A DNA stretch of 64,000 nt from Clostridia bacterium (GTDB lineage: Bacteria > Bacillota > Clostridia > Oscillospirales > CAG-272). Below are positions 39,610-49,171 of the stretch, one piece after another (the stretch's first letter is position 1; each line of letters opens with the position of its first letter). The stretch spans positions 5,220-69,219 of the forward strand of contig JAFVYZ010000045.1 in assembly GCA_017508425.1 (NCBI GenBank), given 5' to 3'. A program made the translations under genes and the position numbers. Under the pieces are notes generated by a model. It searched no databases, was not told the DNA's origin, and saw only the letters and a program-made list of their open reading frames with translations.

Positions 39610-40215
39610 TTAATTTCTTTTTGCCAATACCTTATCAACAAGACCGTAAGCGAGCGCCTGCTCGGCCGTCATAAAGTTATCACGGTCGGTATCGCGTGCG
39701 ATCTCCTCAATGGTCTTACCGGTATTCTCGGCAAGGATGCGATTGAGTGTGTCGCGTGTGCGAAGAATCAAGTCGGCTTGGATCTTAATATCCGAGGCCT
39801 GACCGCGTGCGCCGCCAAGAGGCTGGTGGATCATGATCTCGCTGTTGGGAAGTGCAAGTCGCTTACCCTTGGTGCCTGCGGACAAAAGGAATGCGCCCAT
39901 GGATGCCGCCATACCGATGCAGATGGTCGATACGTCGCATTTGATGTAATTCATCGTATCGTAAATGGCCATGCCTGCCGTCACCGATCCGCCGGGACTG
40001 TTGATGTAAAAGCAAATATCCTTGTCGGGATCCTGCGCCTCGAGAAAGAGCATTTGTGCTACCACAAGAGAAGCGGTGGTATCGTTCACCTCATCGGACA
40101 GGAAAATGATGCGGTCGTTGAGAAGTCGCGAAAAAATGTCATAAGAACGCTCGCCGCGTCCGGTTTGCTCCACAACCATGGGAACAAGGGCGTTGTTACG
40201 GAAAAAATCCATCAT
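39610..40215 (-). CDS. clpP: ATP-dependent Clp protease proteolytic subunit
   Basis: [26 protein letters not shown]. Confidence 0.97.
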   Translation of the reverse strand: MMDFFRNNALVPMVVEQTGRGERSYDIFSRLLNDRIIFLSDEVNDTTASLVVAQMLFLEAQDPDKDICFYINSPGGSVTAGMAIYDTMNYIKCDVSTICIGMAASMGAFLLSAGTKGKRLALPNSEIMIHQPLGGARGQASDIKIQADLILRTRDTLNRILAENTGKTIEEIARDTDRDNFMTAEQALAYGLVDKVLAKRN

Positions 40216-40260
40216 AATTCTTTCAAAACCTCCGTTTTTTGATATTTTGAGTATAGAGCC

Positions 40261-40290
40261 TTATAGCCGCGGCATTTGCCGCGGCTATAA
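40261..40290 (-). terminator. Stem-loop between tig and clpP
   Basis: TTATAGCCGCGGC-ATTT-GCCGCGGCTATAA; weak U-tract. Confidence 0.65.
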
Positions 40291-40303
40291 GCTTATCGAG
40301 GAA

Positions 40304-41689
40304 TTACGCCTCGGTCTTTTCTTCGATTTCTTCAGCCGGTGCAGCGGCCTTTTTGGGAGCAGCCTTCTTGGTGCCGGTCGATTTCTTCGCAGGAGCCTTC
40401 TTGGGCTTCTCATCGGTCACAACGGCGTTCTCGCGTACGAGATCCATAGCCTTCTTCACTCTCATATCGTCGCTGATCGCGTCGGTGGGAAGGCTTGCCT
40501 TCACCTGGTCGACAGGCATATTATATGCCGCGGCGATGCGATCGTATTCAGCGTTGATATCCTCTTCGGTCGCCTCGACCTTTTCAAGCTCGGCGATCTT
40601 CTCAAGTGCAAGACGTGCCTTTACCTGACGCTCAGCCTGAGGGCGGAACTCCTCACGCATCTTTTCAAGGGTCATACCGGTATATTTCATATAGGTGTTG
40701 AGATCAAGACCGGACATACGCAGGCGGTTGTCGTAATCGCGCAGAAAGTTCTCGGTCTCAGCCTCAAACATGGGAGCGGGGATATCTGCTTCCATCTTTT
40801 CAATGAGCGTTTCAACGAGCTGCTCTCCGATGGCAGCCTCAGAAGCATCCGCGTGTCTCTTCTCGATTTTTGCCTTGATGTCTGCCTTGTATTCGGCAAA
40901 CGTATCAAATTCCGAAACGTCCTTGGCAAAATCATCGTCAAGCTCGGGAAGCTCGACACGAGTGAGCGCGTGGATCTTGCACTTGAAGGTAGCCTCCTTA
41001 CCGGCAAGGTCAGCGGAATGGTACTCGGTGGGGAAGGTCACGTTTACATCGAACTCATCGTCAACCTTGTGGCCAACGATCTGCTCTTCAAAACCGGGGA
41101 TAAAGGTGTTCGAGCCAAGCTTCAGGGCATAATCCTCACCCTTGCCGCCATCGAATGCCTTACCGTCGCAAAAGCCCTCGTAATCAATCACAGCCGTATC
41201 GCCCATCTCTGCGGCGCGGCCCATAACCTCAGCCTCGCGAGAGTTGCGCTCGCGCACGGTGTTGATCTCAGCATCCACCTCTTCATCGGTTACAGGTGCT
41301 ACGTTACGGGTAGCGGCAAGACCGAGATAATCAGTAATCTGAACGTCGGGCTTAACAAAGACCTTCGCAGAGAGCACAAGGCCGTTGTCATCGATCGAAA
41401 CAACGTCAAAATCGGGCTGTGCCACGGGAGTGATGCCGGCCTCTTCTACGGCCTCGGTGTAAGCACCGGGAATAATATCGTTAATTGCGGTTTCATAGAA
41501 CACGCCCTTGCCGTACATCTTCTCAATGATCGAGCGGGGAGCCTTACCCTTGCGGAAACCGGGCACGCTGATCTTTTTGCCTTCCTTTTGATATGCCTTG
41601 GTTACGGCAGCCTCAAAAGTCGCCTGGTCAACCGAGATCTCAAGCTCGTATTTGCTGTTCTCGATTTTTTCAGCCTTCAACAATTTCAT
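40304..41689 (-). CDS. tig: Trigger factor
   Basis: PGFRKGKAP, FKBP domain FIPGFEEQ; RBS GGAGG; upstream TTGACA-N17-TACAAT (41758-41730). Confidence 0.96.
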   Translation of the reverse strand: MKLLKAEKIENSKYELEISVDQATFEAAVTKAYQKEGKKISVPGFRKGKAPRSIIEKMYGKGVFYETAINDIIPGAYTEAVEEAGITPVAQPDFDVVSIDDNGLVLSAKVFVKPDVQITDYLGLAATRNVAPVTDEEVDAEINTVRERNSREAEVMGRAAEMGDTAVIDYEGFCDGKAFDGGKGEDYALKLGSNTFIPGFEEQIVGHKVDDEFDVNVTFPTEYHSADLAGKEATFKCKIHALTRVELPELDDDFAKDVSEFDTFAEYKADIKAKIEKRHADASEAAIGEQLVETLIEKMEADIPAPMFEAETENFLRDYDNRLRMSGLDLNTYMKYTGMTLEKMREEFRPQAERQVKARLALEKIAELEKVEATEEDINAEYDRIAAAYNMPVDQVKASLPTDAISDDMRVKKAMDLVRENAVVTDEKPKKAPAKKSTGTKKAAPKKAAAPAEEIEEKTEA

Positions 41690-41785
41690 TTTTTCTTCCT
41701 CCAAAGATTGAAAAATTCACACAAAGTATATTGTAACGATTTTACTTGAATTTGTCAAGTGTTTTCTACAAAATAATATATTATA

Positions 41786-42523
41786 TTACGCATTTTCCGA
41801 GGGTAAGATGCGACGGGGATAAAAATCCAAATAATCCGACGAGATCAGGGAGAGCTCGAGGTCGCCCGCCTTTTGCATTTGAGGCACGTTATATTTGCCG
41901 TGAATGTGTCCGAAATAACAACGCTTCACGCCGTATTCGTTCATTAGATCGAGCATTTCTTGTGAAATAAATTCGCCAAACAGGGGCGGGAAGTGCAAAA
42001 AGACCACGATCTCTTTGTTTTCGTGCTCGCCCACCTGAAGACGCTTGGCTGCATCAAGGCTCAGCTTAAGTCGCTCGCGCTCGCGGTTTGAGATCTTTTC
42101 ATAATCGACCTCTCCAACCGTGATCTGCTGTGTTTTTTCGAGAAACCAGCCGCGCGTGCCACACACGATAAAATCCTCTACCACGTAGGCATTGTTGTAG
42201 AGCAAGGATAACGTATGAAAGCCGCATTCCTCAAAAAAACGGTTGCATTTGGTGGCAGTATCCCACCAAAAATCATGATTGCCCTTGCCAAGGAGCTTTT
42301 TGCCGGGCAAAGCATCAAGAAATGCAAAGTCAAGGCGTGCCCCCTCGAGATTCATTGCCCAGGAAATATCGCCCGGTATCACCACGGTATCATTCTCACG
42401 CACCACGCGGCGCCAGCGATCGGCAATTTTTTTCATATAATCCTGCCATCTTGCACCAAACACGTCCATAGGGTGATCCTGAGCACCGGACAAATGCAAA
42501 TCGGCTATGGTAAAGAGTGCCAT
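41786..42523 (-). CDS. Calcineurin-like metallophosphoesterase
   Basis: DLH, GDISW, GNHD, HFPP, GHIH; RBS AGGAGG. Confidence 0.9.
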   Translation of the reverse strand: MALFTIADLHLSGAQDHPMDVFGARWQDYMKKIADRWRRVVRENDTVVIPGDISWAMNLEGARLDFAFLDALPGKKLLGKGNHDFWWDTATKCNRFFEECGFHTLSLLYNNAYVVEDFIVCGTRGWFLEKTQQITVGEVDYEKISNRERERLKLSLDAAKRLQVGEHENKEIVVFLHFPPLFGEFISQEMLDLMNEYGVKRCYFGHIHGKYNVPQMQKAGDLELSLISSDYLDFYPRRILPSENA

Positions 42524-42608
42524 ACTCACCCTCCTTTCTTTTTGAACGTATAAAAGGGAAGAAAAAGCGCATACTGATACTATCCCCTTGAAAGGAGAGT
42601 ATAGAAAA

Positions 42609-42788
42609 ATGGAAAAAATGAATGGATGCTGCGAAAACATCAATCAGGGCATTACCTGTGATGTGAAGAACTGCCAATACCACGAGGGCGACTGCCATTG
42701 CACGGCAAAAAAGATTGCCGTAGGCCCTAGCTTTGCTGCCTCGAGCACTGACACCGTATGCGCTACGTTTAAGCCCAAAAAGGACTAA
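42609..42788 (+). CDS. DUF1540-like small Cys-rich protein
   Basis: I.CDVKNC.YH....CTA..I.V........T.CATF; RBS AAAGGAG; sigG-like GTATA-N17-CATACTG (42548-42576). Confidence 0.82.
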   Translation: MEKMNGCCENINQGITCDVKNCQYHEGDCHCTAKKIAVGPSFAASSTDTVCATFKPKKD

Positions 42789-42805
42789 TTTTATTTAAAT
42801 CAAGG

Positions 42806-42834
42806 AAGTTGCCCGTTTTTCGGGCAACTTTTTT
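42806..42834. terminator. Intrinsic terminator between convergent genes
   Basis: AAGTTGCCCG-TTTTT-CGGGCAACTT followed by a T run. Confidence 0.8.
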
Positions 42835-44317
42835 ATTTTCCGAGATAAGCGAACATGGTAGCAGGCATATCCCGACTTTCGATGACATCGGTAAAGCGTA
42901 CTTGGCGCTCGGCAATGCCGCGAAGGGGATACGTGATCTCAACGCCGGTTCTCATCGAGAGCTCATCAAGTGCCCCAAGCGGTGAGGTGGGAGTACGATC
43001 GGTAAGTGCCGTATAAACATCGGCGGCAAACTTGTAGGGGCTTGCGGTCGAGGCCACCACCATCGGCTTTTTATCGCCCGTTTTGGTTTGATAATCCTTA
43101 GCGGCCGATACCGCCACAGCGGTGTGCGTATCAATCAAATATCCATACTCATCCATCGTATCGCGAATGGTCTTGGCGGTTGCCTGCTCGTCGGCGTAAT
43201 AACCTGCGAAATGCGCGTCGATCACGCTCTTGGTGGCCGCATCAACGGTGTAAGCACCCGTTTCATTGAGCGATCTCATATAAGCCGCCGTCTTTTCCGC
43301 GCCTGCGGCAAAGTAAAGCAAACGCTCAAGATTGCTTGAAATCAGGATGTCCATAGAAGGAGACATCGTGAGATAGAAATCGCGATTTCGATCGTAGGTG
43401 CCGGTTTCCAGGAAATCGGTCAAAATATTGTTTTTGTTCGAGGCACAAACCAAACGGTCGATCGGCAAGCCCATCCGTTTGGCAAGATATGCAGCAAAAA
43501 TGTTGCCGAAGTTGCCCGTGGGTACGGTTACGTTAATGAGATCGCCGTATTTGATCTCGCCTGAGTTTAAAAGATCGCAGTAGGCCGACACATAATACAC
43601 GATCTGAGGAGCAAGGCGCCCCCAGTTGATGGAATTTGCCGAGGAAAGGAAATATCCCTTCTTGTCAAGATCCTTGGCGATCTCCGAATCCGAGAAGATC
43701 TTCTTCACGCCGGTTTGCGCGTCGTCGAAGTTGCCCTTGATGGCCGTTACGTTGACATTGGCCCCCGTTTGAGTCTGCATTTGCAGCTTTTGTACGGTGC
43801 TCACACCGTCAACAGGGTAAAATACCATCATTTTGATACGTTCAATATCCTTGTAGCCCTCCAGTGCGGCCTTGCCGGTATCGCCCGAGGTTGCCACTAA
43901 AATCAGCGCCGTGCGATCCTCACCCGTTTTTACCAAAGCGCGCGACAAAAGGCGGGGCATGATCTGAAGCGCCATATCCTTAAAGGCCGCCGTCGGGCCG
44001 TGCCAAAGCTCCATCACGTGCAGGGAATCGTTTAACTTATGTAAGGGTGCGGCGCCTCCGACAAAGGATTTGGGTGCGTAAGCCGCCTTACAATCAGCGA
44101 GCAGCTCCTCGGCGGTATAATCTGTCAAAAATTTGCCGAGAATGGTCGCGGCGCGAGCAGGGTAATCCATTGCGCACAGGGCCTCCACATCGGCACGGGT
44201 CAGTTGGGGGATCGTTTCGGGCACAAAAAGGCCACCGTCAGCGGCAAGACCTTGCTTGATAACCTGGGCCGCAGACAGCTTGGCGGCGCTTTGATCTCGT
44301 GTACTTTGAAATTTCAT
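42833..44317 (-). CDS. thrC: Threonine synthase
   Basis: GLAADGGLF, HGPTAAFKD (PLP Lys), ATSGDTG, SANSINWGR, VPTGNFGN. Confidence 0.96.
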   Translation of the reverse strand: MKFQSTRDQSAAKLSAAQVIKQGLAADGGLFVPETIPQLTRADVEALCAMDYPARAATILGKFLTDYTAEELLADCKAAYAPKSFVGGAAPLHKLNDSLHVMELWHGPTAAFKDMALQIMPRLLSRALVKTGEDRTALILVATSGDTGKAALEGYKDIERIKMMVFYPVDGVSTVQKLQMQTQTGANVNVTAIKGNFDDAQTGVKKIFSDSEIAKDLDKKGYFLSSANSINWGRLAPQIVYYVSAYCDLLNSGEIKYGDLINVTVPTGNFGNIFAAYLAKRMGLPIDRLVCASNKNNILTDFLETGTYDRNRDFYLTMSPSMDILISSNLERLLYFAAGAEKTAAYMRSLNETGAYTVDAATKSVIDAHFAGYYADEQATAKTIRDTMDEYGYLIDTHTAVAVSAAKDYQTKTGDKKPMVVASTASPYKFAADVYTALTDRTPTSPLGALDELSMRTGVEITYPLRGIAERQVRFTDVIESRDMPATMFAYLGK

Positions 44318-44345
44318 ATTGAGCTCCTTTTGTATGTGCTAATTA

Positions 44346-44750
44346 TTATCTTCTTATATTGGCATTTGCCCCAAAGGCATCGGGGATATGATTGATTTTA
44401 ACAGGGCGCAGTCGCTTTTCACGGTCAAGATAGACCTCCACCACATCAAAGCGCGGGGCAAGAGATGTTTTATATTCCTTTAAAAAAGCCATAGCAGCCA
44501 TGACAGTATGTACACGCTTTGCGCGATCTACCGCATCTGCAGGGCGTGAAAGAGGAAGCTTTTCTCCCAAAAAGGTCCTGGTCTTAACCTCCACGAATAC
44601 AATATGCTGCTTATCCTTTACCACAAGGTCCAGCTCCTGCTTGCCAAAATGGCAATTACGCGCCACTAAGCGGAAGCCGGAGCGCCGCAAAAATCGTGCC
44701 GCTGTGCGCTCACCACGTCGCCCGATCTCTTGCTTTGTATACTCTCGCAT
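44346..44750 (-). CDS. YraN family (UPF0102) protein
   Basis: G..GE..A..FL, ELDLV, FVEVKTR, RFDV. Confidence 0.9.
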   Translation of the reverse strand: MREYTKQEIGRRGERTAARFLRRSGFRLVARNCHFGKQELDLVVKDKQHIVFVEVKTRTFLGEKLPLSRPADAVDRAKRVHTVMAAMAFLKEYKTSLAPRFDVVEVYLDREKRLRPVKINHIPDAFGANANIRR

Positions 44751-44751
44751 A

Positions 44752-45354
44752 TCAATCGTTATCTAAAAAACGGATGAATTTTTTGCGGTAGATCTCACAA
44801 GGACCGTATGTTCGCAAAGCATCCATATGTGCCTTGGTACCATAGCCCTTGTGCTTGGCGATCCCGTATTCGGGATGAGCCGCATCAAGCTCCAGGCAAA
44901 GTCGGTCACGCGTCACCTTCGCAAGGATTGAGGCTGCGGCAATGCTTGGCGATACGGCATCGCCGTGTACCACGGCACGACATGGAATGGTAAAGCCTCT
45001 GGTCTGATTGCCGTCAATGAGGGCAAAATCCGCCTTGACGGAAAGTCCGTCAATCGCACGGCGCATGGCGTGCAGAGTCGTGGAAAGGATATCGGTCTCG
45101 TTGATCTCCTCAACGCTTCCGAGTACCACACAGTAAGCAATGGCTTTTTCGCAGATCTCATCATAGAGCTGCTCTCGCTTCTTTTCGGAAAGCTTTTTGG
45201 AGTCATTTAATCCCTCGATCACAAGACCGGTGGGTAAAATGCAGGCGGCCGCAGCAACCGGACCGCAAAGCGGTCCGCGGCCGGCCTCATCTACACCGCA
45301 AACGGCGGAATATCCTTCATTTTCAAGGGCGAGCTCAAGATCATAGGTCAACAT
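44752..45354 (-). CDS. rnhB: Ribonuclease HII
   Basis: GVDEAGRGPL.GPV, DSKKL, IDG, AASILAKVTRD, KHKGYGT. Confidence 0.96.
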   Translation of the reverse strand: MLTYDLELALENEGYSAVCGVDEAGRGPLCGPVAAAACILPTGLVIEGLNDSKKLSEKKREQLYDEICEKAIAYCVVLGSVEEINETDILSTTLHAMRRAIDGLSVKADFALIDGNQTRGFTIPCRAVVHGDAVSPSIAAASILAKVTRDRLCLELDAAHPEYGIAKHKGYGTKAHMDALRTYGPCEIYRKKFIRFLDND

Positions 45355-46232
45355 TATTGCACCCCCTTCGGAAAGGCATCAAGTGTGATGCGACCGATCT
45401 TGGCCGCGCGGAATTCATCCAAAAGGGTGTTGGCGGTGCGCTCGGTGTTTACCTCGCCGCCTCCCACCAAAAATCCGCGGCGACGGCCGATCGCCTCAAA
45501 AAGATCATAATCGCTCATTTCACCTTCAAGAATCGTTGCATCGAGCTTATAGCGTGCGGCAAGGAGTGAAGGATATCTACGGCGAAGCTTGGAAACCAAA
45601 GCCACCGCCAAGGTCTCGATCTCTACAACATCATCCTTGATCGCACCCGTAATGGCAAGATTTTCGCCCGTGGCCCGGTCATCAAAGCGCGGCCAAAGCA
45701 CGCCGGGCATGTCCATAAGATCAAGCCCCTCCTTGGTCGTGACCCACTGCGGTGCCACCGTGACACCGGGACGGTTCTCCACCTTGGCTTTTTTGGTACC
45801 GCCAAGCAGGTTGATGAGGGATGATTTCCCGACGTTCGGAATCCCGACGACCATAGCCTTGAGCTTTCGGCCGTGCATACCTTTATCCTCATATCGCTTG
45901 ATCTTATCGGCAAGAACGGTACGAATGGCCGGAAGCAGGCGATCCATGCCTTTTTTACTGATACAATCAAAGGGAATGCAAATTTGACCCTCGCCCGTAT
46001 AGTGACGTACCCATTTTTCGGTGGAAACGGGGTCAGCCAGCATGGATTTGTTGAGAAGCGTTACGAGCGGCTTGCCCTCGACCAGGCGCATGATTTCGGG
46101 ATTTCTTGAGCTTTGGGGAATGCGCGCATCCAAAAGCTCGATCACTATATCAACGTTTTTCAGGTTTTCTCCGATCAGGCGGCGCGTTTTCGCCATATGC
46201 CCCGGAAACCATTGAATAATATCGGTTGGCAT
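45354..46232 (-). CDS. rbgA: Ribosome biogenesis GTPase RbgA/YlqF
   Basis: IQWFPGHMAK, DARIP.SS, GIPNVGKSS, DMPG. Confidence 0.95.
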   Translation of the reverse strand: MPTDIIQWFPGHMAKTRRLIGENLKNVDIVIELLDARIPQSSRNPEIMRLVEGKPLVTLLNKSMLADPVSTEKWVRHYTGEGQICIPFDCISKKGMDRLLPAIRTVLADKIKRYEDKGMHGRKLKAMVVGIPNVGKSSLINLLGGTKKAKVENRPGVTVAPQWVTTKEGLDLMDMPGVLWPRFDDRATGENLAITGAIKDDVVEIETLAVALVSKLRRRYPSLLAARYKLDATILEGEMSDYDLFEAIGRRRGFLVGGGEVNTERTANTLLDEFRAAKIGRITLDAFPKGVQ

Positions 46233-46240
46233 TTGTCACC

Positions 46241-46843
46241 TCATTTAAATACATGAAAGGGAGAAAGGCGCAATACGGCACGGCCGAGCACGCAATTCTC
46301 ATGGACCATACCGATATGCTCATTGCGACTGTCGGCGGAATTGTTTCGATTATCGCCCAAAACAAACAAGTGATGCTCAGGTACCGCAAAGATCTCAACG
46401 GTCTTACCCTCGGCCACCTCGTCAAAGGCACCGGTATCATAATAGGCGTATGCGCTTTCATCAAGCATCTCATTGGCCTCGAATGCATCGTCGTTTGAAA
46501 CGTAAACCGCTTTGTTTAAATAGTCGATCTTCACAAACTGCCCCTCGGTCGCGATCACGCGCTTGACAATGGGCTTGTTATAGTATTCCACGTCGGAATC
46601 CGACAGGTGAAAAACCACAATATCACCCGTTTCGGGCCGATAGAAGAAATCAGAAATAAGGAGCTTTTCGCCGTGCGTAAGTGTACGGTTCATGGAAGGG
46701 CCGTCCACCGAGCAAAGACGCAGGAAAAACGTCATCAAAAGGATCACAAACACCAACGCAAACACAAAAACCTCAACGTATTCGATGAGATTGGCTGCAA
46801 AGCTCGATGTGGTATTTGCTTTTTGCGGCTTCTTGTTCGCCAT
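46241..46843 (-). CDS. lepB: Signal peptidase I
   Basis: TM helix, VDGPSM, GDIVVF, IVKRVIA, GDNRNNSADSR. Confidence 0.93.
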   Translation of the reverse strand: MANKKPQKANTTSSFAANLIEYVEVFVFALVFVILLMTFFLRLCSVDGPSMNRTLTHGEKLLISDFFYRPETGDIVVFHLSDSDVEYYNKPIVKRVIATEGQFVKIDYLNKAVYVSNDDAFEANEMLDESAYAYYDTGAFDEVAEGKTVEIFAVPEHHLFVLGDNRNNSADSRNEHIGMVHENCVLGRAVLRLSPFHVFK

Positions 46844-46865
46844 ATAAAACTCCTTTCCTTGAAAA

Positions 46866-48080
46866 TCAATTTGCGGTCATGATCTCCATCAAACGATAGC
46901 CGTTGGCAAGATAATTGTTTTTTGCCGCTGCCGTTTCCTCGGTGAAGGTATCTACACCGGGGAGCACCGCCTCCGAATCATAAATGAAAAAGGGAACCGG
47001 GGAAATGGTGTGCGTGCGAAGGCGCGTCGGGGTAGGATGATCGGGCAATACCATAACCTTAAAGGGCTCGCCGCATTCCTCAAGATAGGAAAGCACGGGA
47101 GCAAGGATCTCGGCGTCAATACGCTCGATCGAAATAACTTTATTATCAACCTCGGCACGGTGGCCGCATTCATCGGGACCCTCAACGTGTACGTAAACCA
47201 GCTCAATCCCCTCACGGAATGCCTCGATAGCCGCATCCGCCTTGCCCTTGTAGTTGGTGTGTACGTTACCCGTAGCACCCTCAACATCGATCGAACGCAT
47301 GCCGGCACAAAGGCCAATGCCTTTGATGAGGTCCACGGCCGAAATAACAGCCCCAGAGAGGTTCCACTTATCGCTGAAAGAGGGAAGCTGGGGCTTTTTG
47401 CCGGGGCTCCAGAACCAAGCGGAGTTGGCAGGCTTCAAACCGCGCGCGCGGCGCGCCTCGTTGACGGGGTGATGATTGAGGATCTCGAAGCTCTCCTTCA
47501 TCATTTGATAAAATTCGGCGCCGCCGTTGTCCTCACGGGGCAAATACTCGCCAATGCGGCGGCCGAGAATATCGTGCGGACGCATAAACTGATATTTGTC
47601 ATCTCCGTTTTTGCGGATCAGGCAATGGCGATAGCTGACGCCCGTGTAAAAGTGGCGCTCATCGTTGCCAAAATGAGCTTGCAGGGCCTTGATGAGCTCA
47701 TCGGCCTCGGCGGTAGTGATCTCGTCCGCACTGTGATCGAGGATGATCTTATCCTCGTAGGCCTCGCCCTCATCGGACAAGGTCACGACGTTGCAACGGT
47801 ACGCCGTTTCGTCGGGCTGCATCTCAATGCCCATGCTGACCGCCTCAAGAGGGGAGCGGCCCTTGGAATAAATTTTAGGATCGTACGAAAGAATGGCAAG
47901 ATTGGCTGTATCGCTTTCAGGTACCATCCCTTCGGGGACGTTTGAAACCGTGCCGACAAGGGCCTTTTGGGCAAGCCCATCCATTACGGGCTTGACGGCC
48001 TTTTGCATGGGGGTTTTGTTGTCAAGAGCGGCGATGGGCTCATCGGCCATGCCGTCGGGAATTAAAACAAGATATTTCAT
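46866..48080 (-). CDS. apgM: ApgM-type cofactor-independent phosphoglycerate mutase family protein
   Basis: DGMAD, PESDTAN, GRSPLEA, HVEGPDECGH, PDHPTP...TH. Confidence 0.85.
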   Translation of the reverse strand: MKYLVLIPDGMADEPIAALDNKTPMQKAVKPVMDGLAQKALVGTVSNVPEGMVPESDTANLAILSYDPKIYSKGRSPLEAVSMGIEMQPDETAYRCNVVTLSDEGEAYEDKIILDHSADEITTAEADELIKALQAHFGNDERHFYTGVSYRHCLIRKNGDDKYQFMRPHDILGRRIGEYLPREDNGGAEFYQMMKESFEILNHHPVNEARRARGLKPANSAWFWSPGKKPQLPSFSDKWNLSGAVISAVDLIKGIGLCAGMRSIDVEGATGNVHTNYKGKADAAIEAFREGIELVYVHVEGPDECGHRAEVDNKVISIERIDAEILAPVLSYLEECGEPFKVMVLPDHPTPTRLRTHTISPVPFFIYDSEAVLPGVDTFTEETAAAKNNYLANGYRLMEIMTAN

Positions 48081-48194
48081 TTTTTACCTCTGGATAACGC
48101 GCCCATGGGCGCGTTTAAATATTTATAATAACATATTATAGCATAAAATGTAGGGAAGGGCAACACCGAAACGCAGAATTTTCAAAAAAGCTGA

Positions 48195-48222
48195 AAAAAA
48201 CGCCGCTGAAGCGGCGTTTTTT
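48195..48222 (-). terminator. Intrinsic terminator
   Basis: AAAAAACGCCGC-TGAA-GCGGCGTTTTTT. Confidence 0.85.
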
Positions 48223-48229
48223 GTAAAAA

Positions 48230-48655
48230 TTATTGCAAATTATCCACAATTCTATGGGTGTAGGCCAGAAGCGCGTCCTTTTCTTCGGGCTTGATCTTAT
48301 CAAGGAAGGAAAGGAAGCCGCATTTTACGTAATGTACCTCCTCAGCCACGTTGGTGCCGGCCTCGGCAAGAATGGCCTTCATGCGGTTGGCGGCAGCCTC
48401 GTTACCGTCGATCACCAATGCTACGTTTTGTGCACGTGCCTTGGTCAGCTCACGGCAGAACAGACGCAGCTGATCCTCGGGCTCGCCCTTGAGAGAGAGC
48501 ATCAGAATAACCAAACGCTCGTTGTTGCAGGAATAAGCAGGGGGGATCTTGTCAACCGCGTTGATCGCAAGATCATATTCTGCTTTGATCAGATTTGCCA
48601 TGTCGGCAATTTTTTGCTTATTAGATGCGTAAAGTACACGCATTTTGATCGCCAT
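48230..48655 (-). CDS. Hypothetical protein, degenerate flavodoxin-like
   Basis: RBS GGAGG; MRVLYAS..A..I alpha/beta pattern; promoter TTGCCA-N17-TATACT (48731-48703). Confidence 0.72.
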   Translation of the reverse strand: MAIKMRVLYASNKQKIADMANLIKAEYDLAINAVDKIPPAYSCNNERLVILMLSLKGEPEDQLRLFCRELTKARAQNVALVIDGNEAAANRMKAILAEAGTNVAEEVHYVKCGFLSFLDKIKPEEKDALLAYTHRIVDNLQ

Positions 48656-48832
48656 AATAACCTCCAAAAATAACAAAAATAATGTAAATTTTGCTTTAAA
48701 ATAGTATAACATATCAGGGCCAAAATGGCAAATGTTTTTACGAAAAAGCCCCAAAAATCGTTTATTTTTACAGTTTGCCGCTTGCTTTTTTGGTGATAAT
48801 TACGAGTTTTTGAAACACAAAGGTGCGTAAGG

Positions 48833-48858
48833 TAAATTGTTGAGCACTCAACAATTTA
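48833..48858. repeat. Perfect 12-bp inverted repeat
   Basis: TAAATTGTTGAG-CA-CTCAACAATTTA. Confidence 0.85.
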
Positions 48859-49012
48859 TTTATGATTAAAAAAGTCGTGAGCAAGCATTTGTCAAGCGTG
48901 GCCTGTTATATTTCGTTTTTCACCAATCAGCAACTTGTCCGCTTGCGCTAAAAATTTCAATCGCAACCGCAAGATACCGCTTTTTATGAAGTAGCGTATT
49001 CTTAAAAAACAG

Positions 49013-49171
49013 GCGTTAAAAATTTTTGTCAAAAACGACGTAGGGTATAACCGCCGTAAAAATTTTTAACGCGGGTTTTAAAGCAAAAGTCAAAAAATTG
49101 CAAAATTTAAAAAAGAGCACTCAAAAAAATATCCGCCATAGGGGTGTAGGTCGTTGACGTTAAAAATTTTT
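49013..49171. repeat. Three copies of CGTTAAAAATTTTT
   Basis: Plus at 49014-49027 and 49158-49171, reverse at 49058-49071; degenerate copy at about 48946. Confidence 0.85.

Noticed and set aside
40178-41749. 523-aa plus-strand ORF
   Set aside because: Antisense to tig; typical stop-free reverse frame of a highly expressed gene.
41761-41790. Weak resemblance to the B. subtilis dif sequence
   Set aside because: Poor match of the XerD-type arm; the AT-rich stretch sits upstream of the tig promoter and is better explained as an UP element.
48240-48248. Perfect DnaA box TTATCCACA near the AT-rich region (possible oriC)
   Set aside because: Single copy inside a CDS; no box cluster in the intergenic region and no dnaA/dnaN nearby.
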